Counted from the first letter of the stretch, positions 52,920-63,106 are shown. The stretch: 64,000 nt of DNA from Opitutales bacterium (GCA_965226885.1 CBDDEL010000011.1:297508-361507), one strand, 5' to 3'. Numbers and translations: made by a program. Notes: a model not told the origin generated them from the sequence alone.

Positions 52920-54185
52920 ATGTCGGAAAAAGCGAATAAACCGGTCCGGTTGATAGTTGTTGGGGCGGGCAACCGGGGCATTGGCTATGCCACCTACGCT
53001 TTGGCTCATCCGTGTGAGGCAAAAATCGTTGGCGTGGCCGAACCGCGGAAAGCCTATCGGGAGAAATTGGCGCTCGATCATGGTATTCCCGATAAAAATG
53101 TTTTTCAAAGCTGGGAGGATTTAGTGGCCAGGGATCGTTTTGCGGATGCCGCCATTATCGCCACTCAGGACGCCTTGCATGTTGAACCGGCCATGGCATT
53201 TAGCGGCAAAGGCTATCATCTGCTGCTGGAGAAACCGATGGCGCCCGATGAGAACGGCTGCCGGCGCATCGTTTCGGCGGCTCTGGAAAACAAAAAAATT
53301 ATCGCCGTATGTCACGTTCTGCGCTACACTCGTTACACCAAGACACTTAAGCGAATGCTGGATTCTGGCGCCATTGGGGAGATCGTTTCCATTCATCATC
53401 TGGAACCGGTCGGCTACTGGCACCAGGCGCATTCTTTCGTGCGTGGAAACTGGAGGAGCGAAGAGGAATCCTCACCCATGCTGCTGGCTAAATCGTGCCA
53501 CGACATTGATTGGATTTGCTACCTTATGGGAGCGAAATGCACTGCGGTATCTTCATTTGGAGGGCTCCATCATTTCAAGAAAAGTGAAAACCCGATCCAA
53601 GCTGGAGAGGCTGAATTCTGTTTGGATTGCCGTTTTGAACCTGAATGCGCCTATTCAGCCAAAAAGATTTACCTGGGACGGCTGGAAAAAGGGCAATCGG
53701 GGTGGCCGGTTAAAACGCTTAGCTTAAATCCCACATTGGAGAGCGTGACCAAGGCCCTTCGCGAGGGAGCCTATGGGAGGTGCGTTTACGAATGCGACAA
53801 CGACGTAGTCGATCATCAAGTTGTCAATATGCAATTCGAGGGAGGAGGGACGGCGGCTTTTACCATGACCGCATTCACCGAGGCAGGTAACCGCAAAACC
53901 CATATTTTTGGGACCAAGGGCGAGATTTACGGAGACGGTTCCAAAATCCGCCGTTTTGATTTTTTGACGGATTCAACCGAGATTATTGATAGCCAACTTG
54001 CATCTCCCACGATTCTTGAAGGTCACGGGGGAGGCGACCTGGGTTTGATGGAGGATTTTGTCTCAGCCGTGGCAAACAATGATCCACAAAAAATCCTTAC
54101 GGAACCGGAGGAAACATTGGAATCTCACCGGATAATATTCGCCGCCGAGAGGTCTCGACGTGAAGGTCGCATAGTCAATCTGTGA
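52920..54185 (+). CDS. Cytoplasmic Gfo/Idh/MocA oxidoreductase
   Basis: VGAGNRG, ATQDALH, LLEKPMA, HSFVRGNWR, LAKSCHDID, GRCVYECDNDVVDHQ, GHGGGD. Confidence 0.9.
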   Translation: MSEKANKPVRLIVVGAGNRGIGYATYALAHPCEAKIVGVAEPRKAYREKLALDHGIPDKNVFQSWEDLVARDRFADAAIIATQDALHVEPAMAFSGKGYHLLLEKPMAPDENGCRRIVSAALENKKIIAVCHVLRYTRYTKTLKRMLDSGAIGEIVSIHHLEPVGYWHQAHSFVRGNWRSEEESSPMLLAKSCHDIDWICYLMGAKCTAVSSFGGLHHFKKSENPIQAGEAEFCLDCRFEPECAYSAKKIYLGRLEKGQSGWPVKTLSLNPTLESVTKALREGAYGRCVYECDNDVVDHQVVNMQFEGGGTAAFTMTAFTEAGNRKTHIFGTKGEIYGDGSKIRRFDFLTDSTEIIDSQLASPTILEGHGGGDLGLMEDFVSAVANNDPQKILTEPEETLESHRIIFAAERSRREGRIVNL

Positions 54186-54249
54186 ATTCGGCCCAATGTT
54201 TCTTTCCCATCTTTTGATAATTCGCAAAAGCAATAAAAGCTAAAACCCC

Positions 54250-55509
54250 ATGAAATCATTAAATTGGATCATTAAAGGAGGCCGGGTCATCGATCCGGCA
54301 AATGGCATTGACGGAATTCGCGATGTGGCCATTGAGGCAGGGCGAATCGTGGCGGTGGCGGAGACTGAGGCTTTGGACTACGATGGAGCGGAACAGGTCT
54401 ATGACGCTGCTGGCAAGCTGGTGGTTCCGGGCCTCATCGACATTCATGCGCACATCTATCATTTGGTTATTCCATTGGGGGTAGATGCCGATTACTACTG
54501 CCTGGGACGGGGTGTCACGACTGCTGTCGACGCCGGCAGCGCGGGTTGCGATAATTTTCCGGGATTCCGGGCATTTACTGTGGAACGGGCCAAGACGCGT
54601 TTGCTTGCTTTCTTGAATATATCGCGCGCGGGTCTCGCCTTTGTCAGCCGTTTCGGGGACGATGTGCCGAGAGAGCTGGATTTATTGAAACTGATCCATA
54701 CTCAGGATTGCATTGATTGCATCGAATCTAATCGGGATCTATTAATCGGAGTCAAGGTACGGCTAACGGATACCGACATGGGTGATCAGGGATGCCATGA
54801 AGCGGCCGCTTACCAAGGGGCGCAGACAGCGGCTCAAGCCACTGGCCTGCCTTTAATGACGCACCATAGTTTTTCGTCAGTGCCCCGGGAAGCCTGTCCC
54901 GGAAAGTTGGAACCTGGCGATATCTATACGCATGCCTATCATGGGTTTGTCAGTACGATTATCGACATGGATACACGCCGTGTGCACCTGGCAGTGCGGG
55001 CAGCCCGCGAAAGAGGGGTGCTATTCGATATTGGGCATGGGTTCGGATCGTTTAACTGGACGGTGGGAGAAATCTGCGCCCAGGAGGGATTCTGGCCCGA
55101 CCTCATCAGCACGGATGTGCATGCTCTGACCAGTGAGGGCCCTGCCTATGATATGCCCACTGTGATGACCCGATTGCTCCACCTGGGCATGCCTTTGGGC
55201 GATGTGATTAAGGCATCGACCATCAATGCGGCGAAGGCAATCGGCTGGGAAGACCGTATCGGAACATTGGGAATTGGACGCGAAGCGGACATCGCAGTAC
55301 TGGAGATCAAGGAGGTGGATAGAGAGCTTGAAGATTGCAATGCCCAGATGAGATGGATCAAACAACGCTTGATAACCCAGGCAGTGTGGCGTTTCGGCAT
55401 GCCGGGGCAGATCACCCGGCCACTCCATTTTCCCAATTTTAAAATGATCGAAAAAACCAAGGCCCGGCAGAGTAAAATGCTTATTCGTGACCCGCAGTCC
55501 GATCATTAG
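54250..55509 (+). CDS. Amidohydrolase/deacetylase-family metallohydrolase (dihydroorotase-like)
   Basis: PGLIDIHAH, GVTTAVDAGSAG, GVKVR, GDIYTH, FDIGHG.GSF, ISTD.H. Confidence 0.87.
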   Translation: MKSLNWIIKGGRVIDPANGIDGIRDVAIEAGRIVAVAETEALDYDGAEQVYDAAGKLVVPGLIDIHAHIYHLVIPLGVDADYYCLGRGVTTAVDAGSAGCDNFPGFRAFTVERAKTRLLAFLNISRAGLAFVSRFGDDVPRELDLLKLIHTQDCIDCIESNRDLLIGVKVRLTDTDMGDQGCHEAAAYQGAQTAAQATGLPLMTHHSFSSVPREACPGKLEPGDIYTHAYHGFVSTIIDMDTRRVHLAVRAARERGVLFDIGHGFGSFNWTVGEICAQEGFWPDLISTDVHALTSEGPAYDMPTVMTRLLHLGMPLGDVIKASTINAAKAIGWEDRIGTLGIGREADIAVLEIKEVDRELEDCNAQMRWIKQRLITQAVWRFGMPGQITRPLHFPNFKMIEKTKARQSKMLIRDPQSDH

Positions 55510-55569
55510 AGAACGGATCGGCTTGAGGTGCGTTTTCCATCTGTCTTTTTCGATCTATTGAATATTGGC

Positions 55570-56667
55570 TTACGGCGCCCCATATCCTATGTCGGCCTGC
55601 CAGATTTCAAGGATGCGTTCACCTTCATAGACGACCATGTCGCGATGCAGTGCACACGTCATGCAACAATGGCTTGGGACTACATGGACAAGATCGCCAA
55701 TGTGAAGTTTGTGTCCGGGGAAGTGAACTACGGCGTGTTCTTCCGAAGCGAAGTCAGGGATTTTCGCCTCTGCATAATCTCGCAATTTGGGCGGTCCAAA
55801 TTCGTGACCGATGGCCTTACATCCAGCATTGAGTACTAAATGATCCTGGCGAACGCTGACGACTCTGGCCAGCACTGTAAGGGCAATGTCGAAATGATCT
55901 CCAACTTTTTCCTTATAACACCAGTCCATCGTAACATAGCTGCCAACCTGGAGTTCGGTGACACCCTCAAGAGATCCGGTAGAACGATAGGTGCCGGTGC
56001 TGGCACAGGAGAGGATTGGGCACGCGTGTCCCGCGGCCTCAAGCTGTCTTTTGGTGTAGAGCGCCTTCTCTATGGAAGCAGTGGCGACCGATTCTCTTTC
56101 GACCGGATCAAAGATGGCGGTGGCGTGTCCCTCGTAGGCTTGGAGACCATCGAGCCATATCCCAGCCAGCGACGAGATTTGCCCGGCAAGTTCAACCGCT
56201 GCCTTCCCCGGAGCAACGCCACACCGCCCCATGCCGATATCGACCTCGATCAATACTCCGATTTCAATACCTCGGCTGCGCGCCGACTGAGCGATCGCCT
56301 GGGCATTTTCTAAGTTATCGATAGCCACACGAATGTTGGCTCGTGCGGCTAATTCGGCCAAACGGGAGATGGCCGTTGAACCGACGATTTGATTTGCAAT
56401 GAGGACGTAATCAATTCCTCCATCGACTAATGACATGGCCTCTACTACCGTTGCCGCAGTCATGCCCACACATCCTCCTGCGGCCAACTGCTTATGCGCC
56501 AAGGGGACGCGTTTGTGGTTCTTGAAGTGCGGTCTCAGCCGGACCTGTTTATTCTGGACAAACTCAACCGCCCGGTTGATGTTTCGTTGAGCAGTAGGCC
56601 AGTCGAGCACCAGCGCAGTGTAAGGAGATCGTAAATCGATGATGGTTGTGAGGACATGGTTCAACAA
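55570..56667 (-). CDS. DSD1/D-threonine aldolase-like PLP enzyme (alanine racemase fold)
   Basis: LRPHFKNHK, EVDIGMGRCGV, GLQAYEGH, GSYVTMD, SEEH, PSHCCMT. Confidence 0.87.
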   Translation of the reverse strand: MLNHVLTTIIDLRSPYTALVLDWPTAQRNINRAVEFVQNKQVRLRPHFKNHKRVPLAHKQLAAGGCVGMTAATVVEAMSLVDGGIDYVLIANQIVGSTAISRLAELAARANIRVAIDNLENAQAIAQSARSRGIEIGVLIEVDIGMGRCGVAPGKAAVELAGQISSLAGIWLDGLQAYEGHATAIFDPVERESVATASIEKALYTKRQLEAAGHACPILSCASTGTYRSTGSLEGVTELQVGSYVTMDWCYKEKVGDHFDIALTVLARVVSVRQDHLVLNAGCKAIGHEFGPPKLRDYAEAKIPDFASEEHAVVHFPGHKLHIGDLVHVVPSHCCMTCALHRDMVVYEGERILEIWQADIGYGAP

Positions 56668-56839
56668 TTTCGAATGCGAGGCGCATTGAAAGAAGCAGGA
56701 TGCATTCGAAAACTTCAGAGGTCGATAATTATAAAAATTCTAAAGATTTATTTGGCGCCACCGAACTCAGACCGATCCCTTCGAGCCCTGCAATGCACAC
56801 TTAGTGATGATAACATAGAATACTCACCAATTATGAATT

Positions 56840-58264
56840 ATGAACGTTGACCCTTTCCCTGCCCCTCCAAATATCGTAATCGTTATGTCCGACGAGCACG
56901 ATCCCGGCGTGACGGGTTGCTATGGGGATACCATTGTCGAAACGCCGAACATCGACCGGCTGGCGCGCGAAGGCGTGACCTTTGACGCCTGTTACACAAC
57001 ATCGCCGCTTTGCGCGCCCGCCCGTCTCAGCTTCACCGCCTGCCAGTACATCAGCCGGATCGGCGGTTGGAGCAACGACTGTAGCCTGCGCCCCGATTCG
57101 GGTTCGACCATCGCCAGGGTTCTTCAGGGGGCCGGTTACGAGACTTTCCTTTGCGGCAAGCAGCACTATGAACGCGACCTTCGCTACGGTTTTACGGATA
57201 TACTGCCGGAGGCCAGCTCGAACAAGGGAAGCCCCCACGGGCGGGGCGAACGTCGTCATCCCAACGACTTCTCGCAAAGTGTGGATGGAGGGGAGGGTTG
57301 GCAGAGTCGATGCGCTCAGTTCCATCCGGGAGACGACTCCCGCATCCTGCGCCATGATCGCTTGGTAACCGCGCGGGCCTGCGATTTCCTTGGGAATCGT
57401 CGATCGGGTGATTGTCCTTTTCTGCTCTTTGTCGGTCACCTGGCGCCACATTTTCCTCTCATCGCTCCGGAGGAAATTTACCGGAAATACCAAGGACGCG
57501 TGCCCATGCCCGATATTCCGGAGGGCTTGATCGCGAACCTTCCGACCAATTACCGGCATTTGCGCCACGGGTTCGGTTTGGAGAATATAGATCCGGCAGT
57601 GGTGCGACTCGGCCGTGAGCTTTACTGGGCTCTCGTGGATTGGTACGATGGCCAAGTTGGCGAGGTGATGGAGGCTCTGCGCCAGAGTGCCGTAACCGAA
57701 AATACGGTGGTGATTTACACTTCGGATCACGGCGAGAACAAGGGCGATCATGGGTTGTGGTGGAAGAACAATATGTACGAACACGCGGCGCGCATACCGC
57801 TTGTCATGTCGTGCCCGGATCGTTGGGCAGGCGGTCAACGCCGGGCGGGCGCCTGTTCGCTCGTCGATCTCGTGCAAACGCTCGCGCATCTTGGAGGCGC
57901 CGACAGGCCCGAGTCGTGGGACGGCGATTCCATGTTGCCGTGGCTTGATGATGGGAATGTTCCGTGGAAGGATGAAGCGGTCAGCGAATACTATGGGCAC
58001 AACATCGTTTCTGGAATAACCATGTATCGGAGCGGGTCGTGGAAATACATCTATCACGCCCGTGGGGATGAGCGGTCGGAACCGGAACGGGAGCTTTTTG
58101 ACCTGGAAACCGATCCCAAGGAGTTCTGCAACCTCGCTAACGATCCGAAACAGGCGGAACGCCTTGCGGCAATGCACGAATCGTTGGTGCGTGAACTTGG
58201 ATACGAGCCCGATGAAGCTGAAATTAGGTGTCGCCGCGACTACGCCCGTGGTTACGGACCTTAA
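56840..58264 (+). CDS. Formylglycine-dependent sulfatase (choline-sulfatase-like)
   Basis: PNI...MSDEH, SPLCAPAR (CxPxR), GKQH, APHFP, YTSDHGE..GDHGLWWK, ELFDL..DP.E. Confidence 0.9.
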   Translation: MNVDPFPAPPNIVIVMSDEHDPGVTGCYGDTIVETPNIDRLAREGVTFDACYTTSPLCAPARLSFTACQYISRIGGWSNDCSLRPDSGSTIARVLQGAGYETFLCGKQHYERDLRYGFTDILPEASSNKGSPHGRGERRHPNDFSQSVDGGEGWQSRCAQFHPGDDSRILRHDRLVTARACDFLGNRRSGDCPFLLFVGHLAPHFPLIAPEEIYRKYQGRVPMPDIPEGLIANLPTNYRHLRHGFGLENIDPAVVRLGRELYWALVDWYDGQVGEVMEALRQSAVTENTVVIYTSDHGENKGDHGLWWKNNMYEHAARIPLVMSCPDRWAGGQRRAGACSLVDLVQTLAHLGGADRPESWDGDSMLPWLDDGNVPWKDEAVSEYYGHNIVSGITMYRSGSWKYIYHARGDERSEPERELFDLETDPKEFCNLANDPKQAERLAAMHESLVRELGYEPDEAEIRCRRDYARGYGP

Positions 58265-58311
58265 CAGAGGTCAAAAGGGGTCAGGTCGAATCTGGCGACA
58301 TGATTCTTTTG

Positions 58312-59397
58312 TTAATCGTACTTTTCTCGTAAACGTTGGGCCGCTTCCGTTTCATTTTTCAGTTTTTTATAAACTTCATCCAGACTGGCTTGGGCGGCGG
58401 ACCCGGGGGCGAATCCGCAATCGGGATTGAGGGTGATTCTTTCCGGGGCGACATAACGCAAAGCGGCCTCGACGCGTTCGACAATGGTTTCGGGCGAATC
58501 GATGACTCCCGGCTGGCAATTGACGCACCCCAGACCGATTTCAAAATCTTCCCGCAGTTTTTTGAACACACACATGTCGCCGGACCCCGGGGCCGTAAAC
58601 TCCATTGTCAGGTGGTGCACATGGAGGCGATTCAACTGGTCCAGAATGGGATCGTAACCGCCTTCGTGATGCTCGCTTCCGCGCATCCGGGCACCCGCCC
58701 TGCGGCACAGGTGCACGGCCAGGCGCAGCCCATCAATGCCATCTACCAGCCCGTTGACCATATCCACTGCGAAATCAGAGGCTTTCACCGGATCATCGTA
58801 ATTTTGCCTCACCTTGTCATCTACGAAGAGGCATAAATGGGGATCGTCGATTTGCACGATGGTGGTCCCGATTTTTCTCAGCAGTTCCAACTCGCGCCGC
58901 AGGATGGGAACGCAATCGCGGACGAAATCTTCTCGTTTGGGATAGGCTTTTATCGATTTTTGCGGATGCCACATTCTCTCCCCGAGGAGGGCCGGCGCAG
59001 GTAGGGTCGATTTTATTTTATGATCCGTGATCGACTTTAAAAAAGCGGCTTCGCGGGCAATGAATCCGGGATTCTTTGGTTCGAGCTTATCCACCACAAT
59101 CGTCCAGGGCAGGCCGTCCCTGGGATTTTGACTCAACTCGAAACCGTGTGCCAATTCCGCAATTACGCCAATGTAGGATTTGCGTCCCCATTCTCCGTCC
59201 GTTATAATATCGAGACCGGCTTGTTCCTGCATTGCCACGATGTAGCGGATGGAAGATTTCATCAAACGGTCGTAAGTTTCTAAAGATGGATTCGAATTGC
59301 CAAATATGAGATCTTTGACAAAATCGGACCGCGGCATGGAACCGACCACGCTGGAGGGAAACAATTTTCCGTAATGATTTTGCGCCTTTGTTGTCAT
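58312..59397 (-). CDS. Single-barrel cobalamin-independent methionine synthase-like (MetE C-terminal) Zn enzyme
   Basis: VVGSMPR, Q..AGLDIITDGE, VQIDDP, HLC, E, NPDCGF Zn-ligand pattern; 361 aa with no N-terminal barrel. Confidence 0.85.
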   Translation of the reverse strand: MTTKAQNHYGKLFPSSVVGSMPRSDFVKDLIFGNSNPSLETYDRLMKSSIRYIVAMQEQAGLDIITDGEWGRKSYIGVIAELAHGFELSQNPRDGLPWTIVVDKLEPKNPGFIAREAAFLKSITDHKIKSTLPAPALLGERMWHPQKSIKAYPKREDFVRDCVPILRRELELLRKIGTTIVQIDDPHLCLFVDDKVRQNYDDPVKASDFAVDMVNGLVDGIDGLRLAVHLCRRAGARMRGSEHHEGGYDPILDQLNRLHVHHLTMEFTAPGSGDMCVFKKLREDFEIGLGCVNCQPGVIDSPETIVERVEAALRYVAPERITLNPDCGFAPGSAAQASLDEVYKKLKNETEAAQRLREKYD

Positions 59398-59449
59398 AAG
59401 TTGTTATGGGCTTGAATGTCTTTGCTAACGGAAAATGAATTCCGGCCAT

Positions 59450-60214
59450 TTACGGGTTGAATTTTTCCGGCCACACGCGGTTGGCGTGGGCGTAGTCTTC
59501 CTCCGTATCTATTTCCACGTAGTCCCCGTCGGTCGTAACGTAATGAAAGGTGATTCCATTTTCTATCATGTCCTGAAATATATGAATGAGGTAGGCTTTT
59601 TCGAACACTTCCGCTTCCCGCCAGGGCCGGCCTTTAAATTCCTTCTCAAGGCGGGAAAAGTGTTCGATCAGGAGTGCCGCTCCGGAAGGAGAAAATTTCG
59701 CCACGCCAATATATTCTCCAACCGCTTCTTGCGAATCCAAATCCCGATGGATGCAGGTGATGGTATCGGCCTCGGCCGTTATTTTTTCGGCGTCGTCCTC
59801 GGGATGTTGCAGCCTGTTGCGGTAGCGTTTGCGCCAATCGGTATCCACGCATAAAACAATGTCGCCAGGGTGTTTGATGGCTTTTTCGACCACTGTGTTT
59901 CGAAAGAGAATGTCGGAATAGGCGCAGACAAATCCGTCGTTCATGTGTTGCACTGCATGCATGAGCGAGATCAGGATGTTGTTATTTTCCCAATCAGTGT
60001 TTTCACAATAAGTGAATTGAGGATAATCGGTCTGGATTTGGTCAATCTTGTAACCGCCAATAAACACCGGATTGGCCAATCCGGCTCCGGCGAATGCATC
60101 AAGCGTCCAGTCCAGAATGGACCGATTTCCAATCCTGACATAACATTTCGGTTGATCGACCGTCATGGCGTTCAAGCGTTTTCCCCTGCCGGCTCCAATG
60201 ATAATCGATTGCAT
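59450..60214 (-). CDS. Phosphocholine cytidylyltransferase-like (LicC) nucleotidyltransferase
   Basis: GAGRGKRL...T...PKC, NNILISL, YSDIL, GEYIGV, EIDT.ED. Confidence 0.82.
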   Translation of the reverse strand: MQSIIIGAGRGKRLNAMTVDQPKCYVRIGNRSILDWTLDAFAGAGLANPVFIGGYKIDQIQTDYPQFTYCENTDWENNNILISLMHAVQHMNDGFVCAYSDILFRNTVVEKAIKHPGDIVLCVDTDWRKRYRNRLQHPEDDAEKITAEADTITCIHRDLDSQEAVGEYIGVAKFSPSGAALLIEHFSRLEKEFKGRPWREAEVFEKAYLIHIFQDMIENGITFHYVTTDGDYVEIDTEEDYAHANRVWPEKFNP

Positions 60215-61032
60215 TCGTTATATAATAAGGCGTGAAAAGTTCGAAAAAATTGTTTATGTTTGCCGATGAGTACCGGCGATTTCTGGCCCATTGATTTTGC
60301 GCTGCCTGGCCAGATCATTAGCGCGGGTGGGATGCTCCAAGGATTTTCTGGGGTCGTCAAGTTTCCTTTCATAAATACGCGCCATCAGCCGGTGCGCAGG
60401 AGGATGCCTTTGACTTCATCTTCAATTTTCAGAATGATTGATAGTTCACGGTTTAATCCTTGAGGATCCCGAGGAGGGCAATTCCTTTCCAATCTACCGC
60501 AGTGCCTGTTTTCAACACGGGAAAATGGTGTATTTCATTGTCATTATTGACGGATAAAATGAAATATTTCAGGGCTCAGGGCCGAATTTAACATCAACTG
60601 CTTGAAAATTATGAGGTTGTAGCCGTGGCCAATGGGCCCCGCGAGTTGTCAATAAGCCTCATTTCTGGCCAGCTTGCCGGGTTAGCAGAGCCGAGGGGAT
60701 ACTTTTTCACCTGAAATTGTTAAGTTCAGGATTGCCAAATTAATTTACCCGAAGCAGGGTATTCCAGATCCATTGAAAAATTGCAAAATCCTGATAAATC
60801 CTCTTTTCTGCCAGTGAATTACAAATTTAATTGAAAAATTTGGCCAAAATTTGCAAATAAGCTTGTAATCATCGGTTGCATTGTCGCTACCTACCATCTG
60901 TTATGTTCAGAAAAATGAATTGTGATTTCGAATTTCGGCACATTGCTATTGTTGTTAAAGGCATCAGCAGGATGATGGATTTCTATCCTGGCTTGCTTGT
61001 AAGGATTTAAGATCAAATGAAAGCTTGATATA

Positions 61033-61088
61033 GTATCATATGATTTTAGAAAGGGTATCATATGATTTTAGAAAGGGTTTAGAAAGGG
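61033..61088. repeat. Nested 22-bp and 11-bp tandem duplications upstream of cspA
   Basis: GTATCATATGATTTTAGAAAGG x2, then TTTAGAAAGGG x2. Confidence 0.85.
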
Positions 61089-61274
61089 AATAGCAATGCC
61101 CAAAGCGAATGCCAGGGGAGCCCGTTGAATTTGAATAAATCTGGGGTGTTTCCAGTCGAATCATCAATGTGGTTTGATTTTATATTTTATATTTGTCCCG
61201 GCAAAAGGAAAAATTCTTTGGAAAAGCAGAATACTGCGAAAGATTAATATTAACAAAACAAGGAGAAGTAAGTT

Positions 61275-61478
61275 ATGAGTACAGGTACAGTAAAGTGGTT
61301 CAATGCAGACAAAGGTTATGGTTTCATCGCTCCAGATGATGGAGGGAAGGATCTGTTCGTACACCATTCCGATGTCAAGGTATCGGGCTATGCAACGCTC
61401 AATGAAGGCCAGAAAGTAGATTACGAAGTGGGAGAAGGACAGAAGGGCCCGTGTGCAAAAAACGTTGAGCCCAATTGA
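61275..61478 (+). CDS. cspA: Cold-shock protein
   Basis: GTVKWFN..KGYGFI (RNP1), DLFVHHS (RNP2), GQKGP.A.NV; AGGAG RBS. Confidence 0.95.
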   Translation: MSTGTVKWFNADKGYGFIAPDDGGKDLFVHHSDVKVSGYATLNEGQKVDYEVGEGQKGPCAKNVEPN

Positions 61479-61507
61479 TTTTATTACTCACATGAGTCAT
61501 TGAAGAA

Positions 61508-61627
61508 GGCTGGTTGTTGATTTGCCGACCCCAGTGGTTAATGAGCAAATTACAAAGAATGATGTGATGCCACTTCATTGATGCTAATCAACTACTCAGG
61601 GCTGAGGACTGAAAGAAGAAGCCAGCC
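61508..61627 (+). ncRNA. Candidate structured RNA between cspA and its terminator
   Basis: Nested helices GGCTGGTT/AGCCAGCC, GTTGATTTGC/GCTAATCAAC and AGTGGT/GCCACT plus a side hairpin CTCA-GGGC-TGAG; no ORF. Confidence 0.35.
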
Positions 61628-61636
61628 CAGGAATTT

Positions 61637-61670
61637 AGGGGCCGTTCTCGTAAAAGGGGGCGGCCCTTTT
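61637..61670 (+). terminator. Intrinsic terminator
   Basis: GC-rich hairpin AGGGGCCGTTCTC/GGGGGCGGCCCTT followed by a T-rich tail. Confidence 0.75.
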
Positions 61671-61777
61671 CTGGTTTTTGCTGTGGTCTAAATATGTCGT
61701 TGCCAAAAATATTGTCGAAATAGGTAGTTTATTGGATTATCTGTGCCATCTTGTCCCACCAATCCAACACTACAATT

Positions 61778-63105
61778 TGACGTGTACTGGATTTGTTTGA
61801 CACGGGATTCTCTTATATTCATTGTTTATTGATTAGTGTGTCAGGCGGCTTGTTTTGGTAAAGGGTTTTGTTTTCTCGTTGCCCCCCATGGGGGGCAAAT
61901 ATTTTCCTCGAATTGGACTGGGCTTTGGTAACTCAGAGAGGAATGTTTGCGATATCGGTTGTAGAAGATTTCCACGTATTCGAAGACAGTTGATCGCAGT
62001 TCGCGCTCGTCGGCAAAGTGGCGGCCTCGAATCGTGCTGGTCTTGAAGCGGCCGTAGAACGATTCCATGGCCGCGTTGTCGTAGCAGTTGCCTTGGGCGC
62101 TCATGCTCGGCTTCATGCCTAGTTCAGAGACCAGCCTCTGATAGTCGTCGCTGGCGTAGGGGCTGCCCCGATCGCTGTGATGAATAATCCCGGTGCGCAG
62201 TGTGCCGCGGGTCATGGCCGCGGCTTTGAGGGCCTTGCCAACCAGCTTCGCGTCGTTGTGGTTGGAAACGCTCCAGCCCAGCAGGCGTCGGCTGAACAGG
62301 TCCATCACCGTGGCCAAGTACATCCACCCGGCCAGGGTCCGTAGGTAGGTCGTGTCCGCCACCCAGACCTCGTCGATATGGGTCGGCTGGCCATGCTTTT
62401 TAAGCACATTGGGGCTGTAACCATAGGGATGGTTACTGTTGGTTTTTAATGGCTTAAAGCGTTTACTCTGGGTGCTTTTGATTCCCATTTCACGCATCAG
62501 ACGCAGAGCCCGGTCACGGCCGCAATCGATGCCCTCATCATCCTTCAGATGGCGGTGCATTGGCCGATGCCCATAGCGGCCCTTGGCCTCTTTGTGTACC
62601 TTCAGGATCGCCCCCTTGATTCCCTCGTCCTCGATCCGCCGGGCCGAGGGCGCTCGGTGCCTCCAGCAGTAATAGCCACTGCGACAAATCCCCATCGCCG
62701 AGCATATTTCCTCGATCTTGAAGCGCCCCTCGTTGTCTTTGACAAACTGGTACTTCATTGTTCGTCCTTGGCAAAGTAGCCCACCGTTTTTTTTAGTATC
62801 TGGTTGATCCGCTCCGAGCGGCGCAGCTCTTTGCGAAGACGATCTATCTCGGCCGCCATCTCCTTCGGACTGCTCTGTCGCTTTGAGGTGGCTTCGCCCT
62901 GCTGATCGTCCAGATAGAGCCTCTTCCACCTATACAATTGGTTGGTGTTGACCCCAAGTTTGGTCGATACCTCGGTGGCGCTCAGACCATCGAGTATCAT
63001 CAGTTGAACTGCCTCATTTTTGAACTCTATACTAAAGCGTCTTCTTCCCATGCTTCGATTCTCCATTTAGGAGAATCTCGTGTCCACTTTTTCCAGTGCA
63101 CATCA
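61778..63105 (-). mobile_element. IS3-family element A, copy 2 (transposase 61841-63066)
   Basis: Near-identical to 17599-18926, both IRs, no TSD. Confidence 0.92.
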
Positions 63106-63106
63106 A

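Noticed and set aside
56831-58177. 448-aa minus-strand ORF
   Set aside because: Antisense shadow of the sulfatase with no recognisable motifs. The same applies to other long overlapping ORFs such as 34415-35458 and 9515-10414.
60230-60500. Short ORFs upstream of the licC-like gene
   Set aside because: At most a degraded helical-repeat remnant (RLMARIYERKLDDP); no supportable call.
61602-61614. Hammerhead ribozyme core (CTGAGGA..GAAA)
   Set aside because: Only 2 nt separate the two motifs, so there is no stem II, and no suitable stem III or cleavage triplet was found.
61670-61778. tRNA integration site next to the integrase
   Set aside because: No cloverleaf or T-loop (GTTCRA) motif on either strand.
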